A DNA stretch of 64,000 nucleotides from a virus, in the IMG/VR virus record IMGVR_UViG_3300007539_000009, positions 64,001 through 128,000 of that record, one strand, 5' to 3'. The notes beneath the pieces are model-generated. The model did not search any database and had not been told where the DNA came from. It saw only the letters and a program-made list of their open reading frames with translations. A program made the position numbers and the translations under genes. Below, piece after piece: positions 62,126 through 64,000 of the stretch. Every line of letters starts with the position of its first letter. Position 1 is the first letter of the stretch.

Positions 62126-64000
62126 TCAGACCTTGGTGATACTGAGATCGGTATCGGCAGCCCAGACTTGGCCCGGATCGAGAGCCAAGCGGTCTTCTGA
62201 TTCGGCGAAGACGAACGATCCAGCGCCTGTGTCGTATCGAGACCGCAAAGTCACAGGCATCGTTACGTCCTGCACATTGAACAGTGCAAGAACAGTGACC
62301 AGCTCGTTGACTGTCACTGCCTCTCCAAAGGGCTTGCCGTTGATGTACTCAGTGATGATGTCACGAACGCTCTGCAACGTGGCATCACCGGAGAACGTCA
62401 GTTCAACATCAAGGATGACGGTAACTGGCGTCTTGACTTGGATGTCTTTGGTGATGTCCCGGTTATCGGCGTTGTCTAGGAACGCCTCAATCAGCGGGAT
62501 GTCCGGGCTGGTGAGGTACGTGACCTTGATCCGGGTACCGATGAACATCGGGATCTCTGCAAGCACGTTGCCGAGGCCGTCTAGCACCGGCTCAGAGCCG
62601 TAAATCCTTAGAACATCAGAGGTTGCGGTTGTAAATCGACCACGAACCTCCTGCCGCACCAGGGCGTAGTGCGTGTCAGGCTCGAGCTCGCGGATGACGA
62701 TGTCCTCGTCAACTGCGTCCACCTGCTCAACACGCACGATGGCCTGCACCGGCTCCTGGAACCCGGTGCCGTCCTCGAAGAGGTTGACGCCGGCTGAGTT
62801 GACGAACGTAGATGTCAACGGCACTTCGCTGACATCTACATCTGCGTCGGTGGAAGCGGGCGGCAAGCTGGAGATGACAACTTCAGCCGGAGTGACGGCG
62901 GACGACTCCACGTACACGTCGACCTTGCCGCCAATGTGGAACTGGTTGGTGTTGTAGAAACCGAACAGCTGGTAGGGGTTGTCTGCTAGGTTGGTGGCCA
63001 CGTTGACCGTAGACGTGTCCTTGAACGGCCGATCGATGCGGGCCACCTTGACCGGATCTCCTCCCGGAGCAACCGGTACTTCCTCTACTCGAGCAATCTT
63101 GTAGTCGTTGTTGACGAAGTCAGGGTCGTCCTCGTTCAGCAAGCGCAACCGAAAGTTCTGTTGTACAGACACTTGCTCGAACGTGACGCCATCCTGTGTT
63201 ACCTGCAGCGCGTTGTAATTGAGACCCAGCAGGTCATACACCGCACCCACAAACCCACCTACCGGCGCTGTAATCGGGTCTCCATTGGTGTCTGTCCACT
63301 GCACGTTGCCATCAGCGTCTAGCGGCAGGTTGACCTTCTGGCAGAACGACTGGCTAAACAGCGGCTGGTCAGCCAGAGCTATCTGCGCAACGTCGCGAGT
63401 CATCAGCGGGTCGCCGAAGCCTTGGACCGACACACGCTTCACAGTCGGGAACTGGGCCAAGATCGCTGACTCAATAGCCACCGCTTTGACCAGGTCACGG
63501 TTGGTGACTGACGTCTTGATGCGAGCAAAGAGCTCAGCGTTACCTTCCGGGTTGGCCGCACCGAAGTAGGCCAGGGGATTGAAGGTGCGGAGCGCGCCAG
63601 GCACCCCTGTGACCCCAGTGACTGCGCCAGCCGCTGCCAGGTACTCATCACCGACGTCCTCGGCGATGGTGTTCACATCAACGAAAAACTCACCAGTACT
63701 GGCGATCGTGTTCGCAGCGACCGCAGCTGAGCTGAAGGTTTGACGAGAAATCGGCCGAAATCTGCGGCCGGCATCGTCTGTGAACACTACGTTGGTCGTA
63801 ACTTCCACAGCCTGTGTTGTGGCGAACACGATCCGTTGAGATCCCGTAGCTTTCTCGCCTTGGCGACGATCCACCAAGAAGTTGGCCGCGAGCCGGTCGA
63901 GCTCCTCAGGGAGCATGCCCGCGTAGTTGGCCAACGACTGGTTTCGTTGGATGACCCTCGTCTGGTCTCGGAACCGCTGGAACAACAGCGAAGCCGGCGT
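62126..64000 (-). CDS. Baseplate J / T4 gp6-like wedge protein (5' end outside window)
   Basis: LDRLAANFLVDRRQGEKATG, NTIAEDVGDEY, FGAANPEGNAEL, FPTVKRVSVQGFGDPLMTRD; frame open to window edge. Confidence 0.8.
   Translation of the reverse strand, partial: TPASLLFQRFRDQTRVIQRNQSLANYAGMLPEELDRLAANFLVDRRQGEKATGSQRIVFATTQAVEVTTNVVFTDDAGRRFRPISRQTFSSAAVAANTIASTGEFFVDVNTIAEDVGDEYLAAAGAVTGVTGVPGALRTFNPLAYFGAANPEGNAELFARIKTSVTNRDLVKAVAIESAILAQFPTVKRVSVQGFGDPLMTRDVAQIALADQPLFSQSFCQKVNLPLDADGNVQWTDTNGDPITAPVGGFVGAVYDLLGLNYNALQVTQDGVTFEQVSVQQNFRLRLLNEDDPDFVNNDYKIARVEEVPVAPGGDPVKVARIDRPFKDTSTVNVATNLADNPYQLFGFYNTNQFHIGGKVDVYVESSAVTPAEVVISSLPPASTDADVDVSEVPLTSTFVNSAGVNLFEDGTGFQEPVQAIVRVEQVDAVDEDIVIRELEPDTHYALVRQEVRGRFTTATSDVLRIYGSEPVLDGLGNVLAEIPMFIGTRIKVTYLTSPDIPLIEAFLDNADNRDITKDIQVKTPVTVILDVELTFSGDATLQSVRDIITEYINGKPFGEAVTVNELVTVLALFNVQDVTMPVTLRSRYDTGAGSFVFAESEDRLALDPGQVWAADTDLSITKV

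Noticed and set aside
88-63651. Numerous plus-strand ORFs in the track, and short minus-strand alternative-frame ORFs inside large genes
   Set aside because: They lie antisense to or inside well-supported minus-strand genes, show no recognisable motifs, and are expected shadows in GC-rich DNA.
1-64000. Genome-wide stop-codon reassignment suggested by the TGA at 43721
   Set aside because: TGA, TAA and TAG all terminate genes at tight overlaps throughout, and very long ORFs are intact under the standard code.
1-64000. CRISPR array, tRNA, rRNA
   Set aside because: No regularly spaced repeats or cloverleaf/T-loop signatures were seen; intergenic gaps are mostly under 120 nt. tRNAscan-SE was not run.

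Overview
64 kb of a large tailed (myovirus-like) phage genome of roughly 55-60% GC (estimated by eye), with every supportable gene on the minus strand. Left to right: (1) a single-chain RNA polymerase beta/beta-prime fusion (start 6050, running off the left edge and therefore absent from the ORF track) carrying a LAGLIDADG intein, overlap-coupled to a portal and head-gene operon; (2) large Ig-rich virion proteins at 10.7-17 kb and 22-33.3 kb; (3) two clusters of small accessory genes at 17-19.8 kb and 33.8-44.3 kb (SLOG protein, GroES, dATP/dGTP diphosphohydrolase, KTSC protein, an interrupted exonuclease) punctuated by intrinsic terminators; (4) a tail/baseplate operon containing a 3636-aa baseplate fusion protein and a baseplate-J-like gene that runs off the right edge, interrupted by a three-gene cassette (Zn-binding protein, metallophosphoesterase, SprT-like protease). 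The most distinctive unexplained signals are a recurring K-x-A motif that saturates a head-operon protein and marks module boundaries in a basic polyprotein-like ORF (candidate processing or packaging tag), the streamlined fused RNAP located in the head operon, and strong Ser-Pro enrichment in a subset of virion proteins. All family assignments come from motif recognition by eye; no database searches were run. Plus-strand ORFs in the track appear to be shadows. I found no tRNA, rRNA or CRISPR array.
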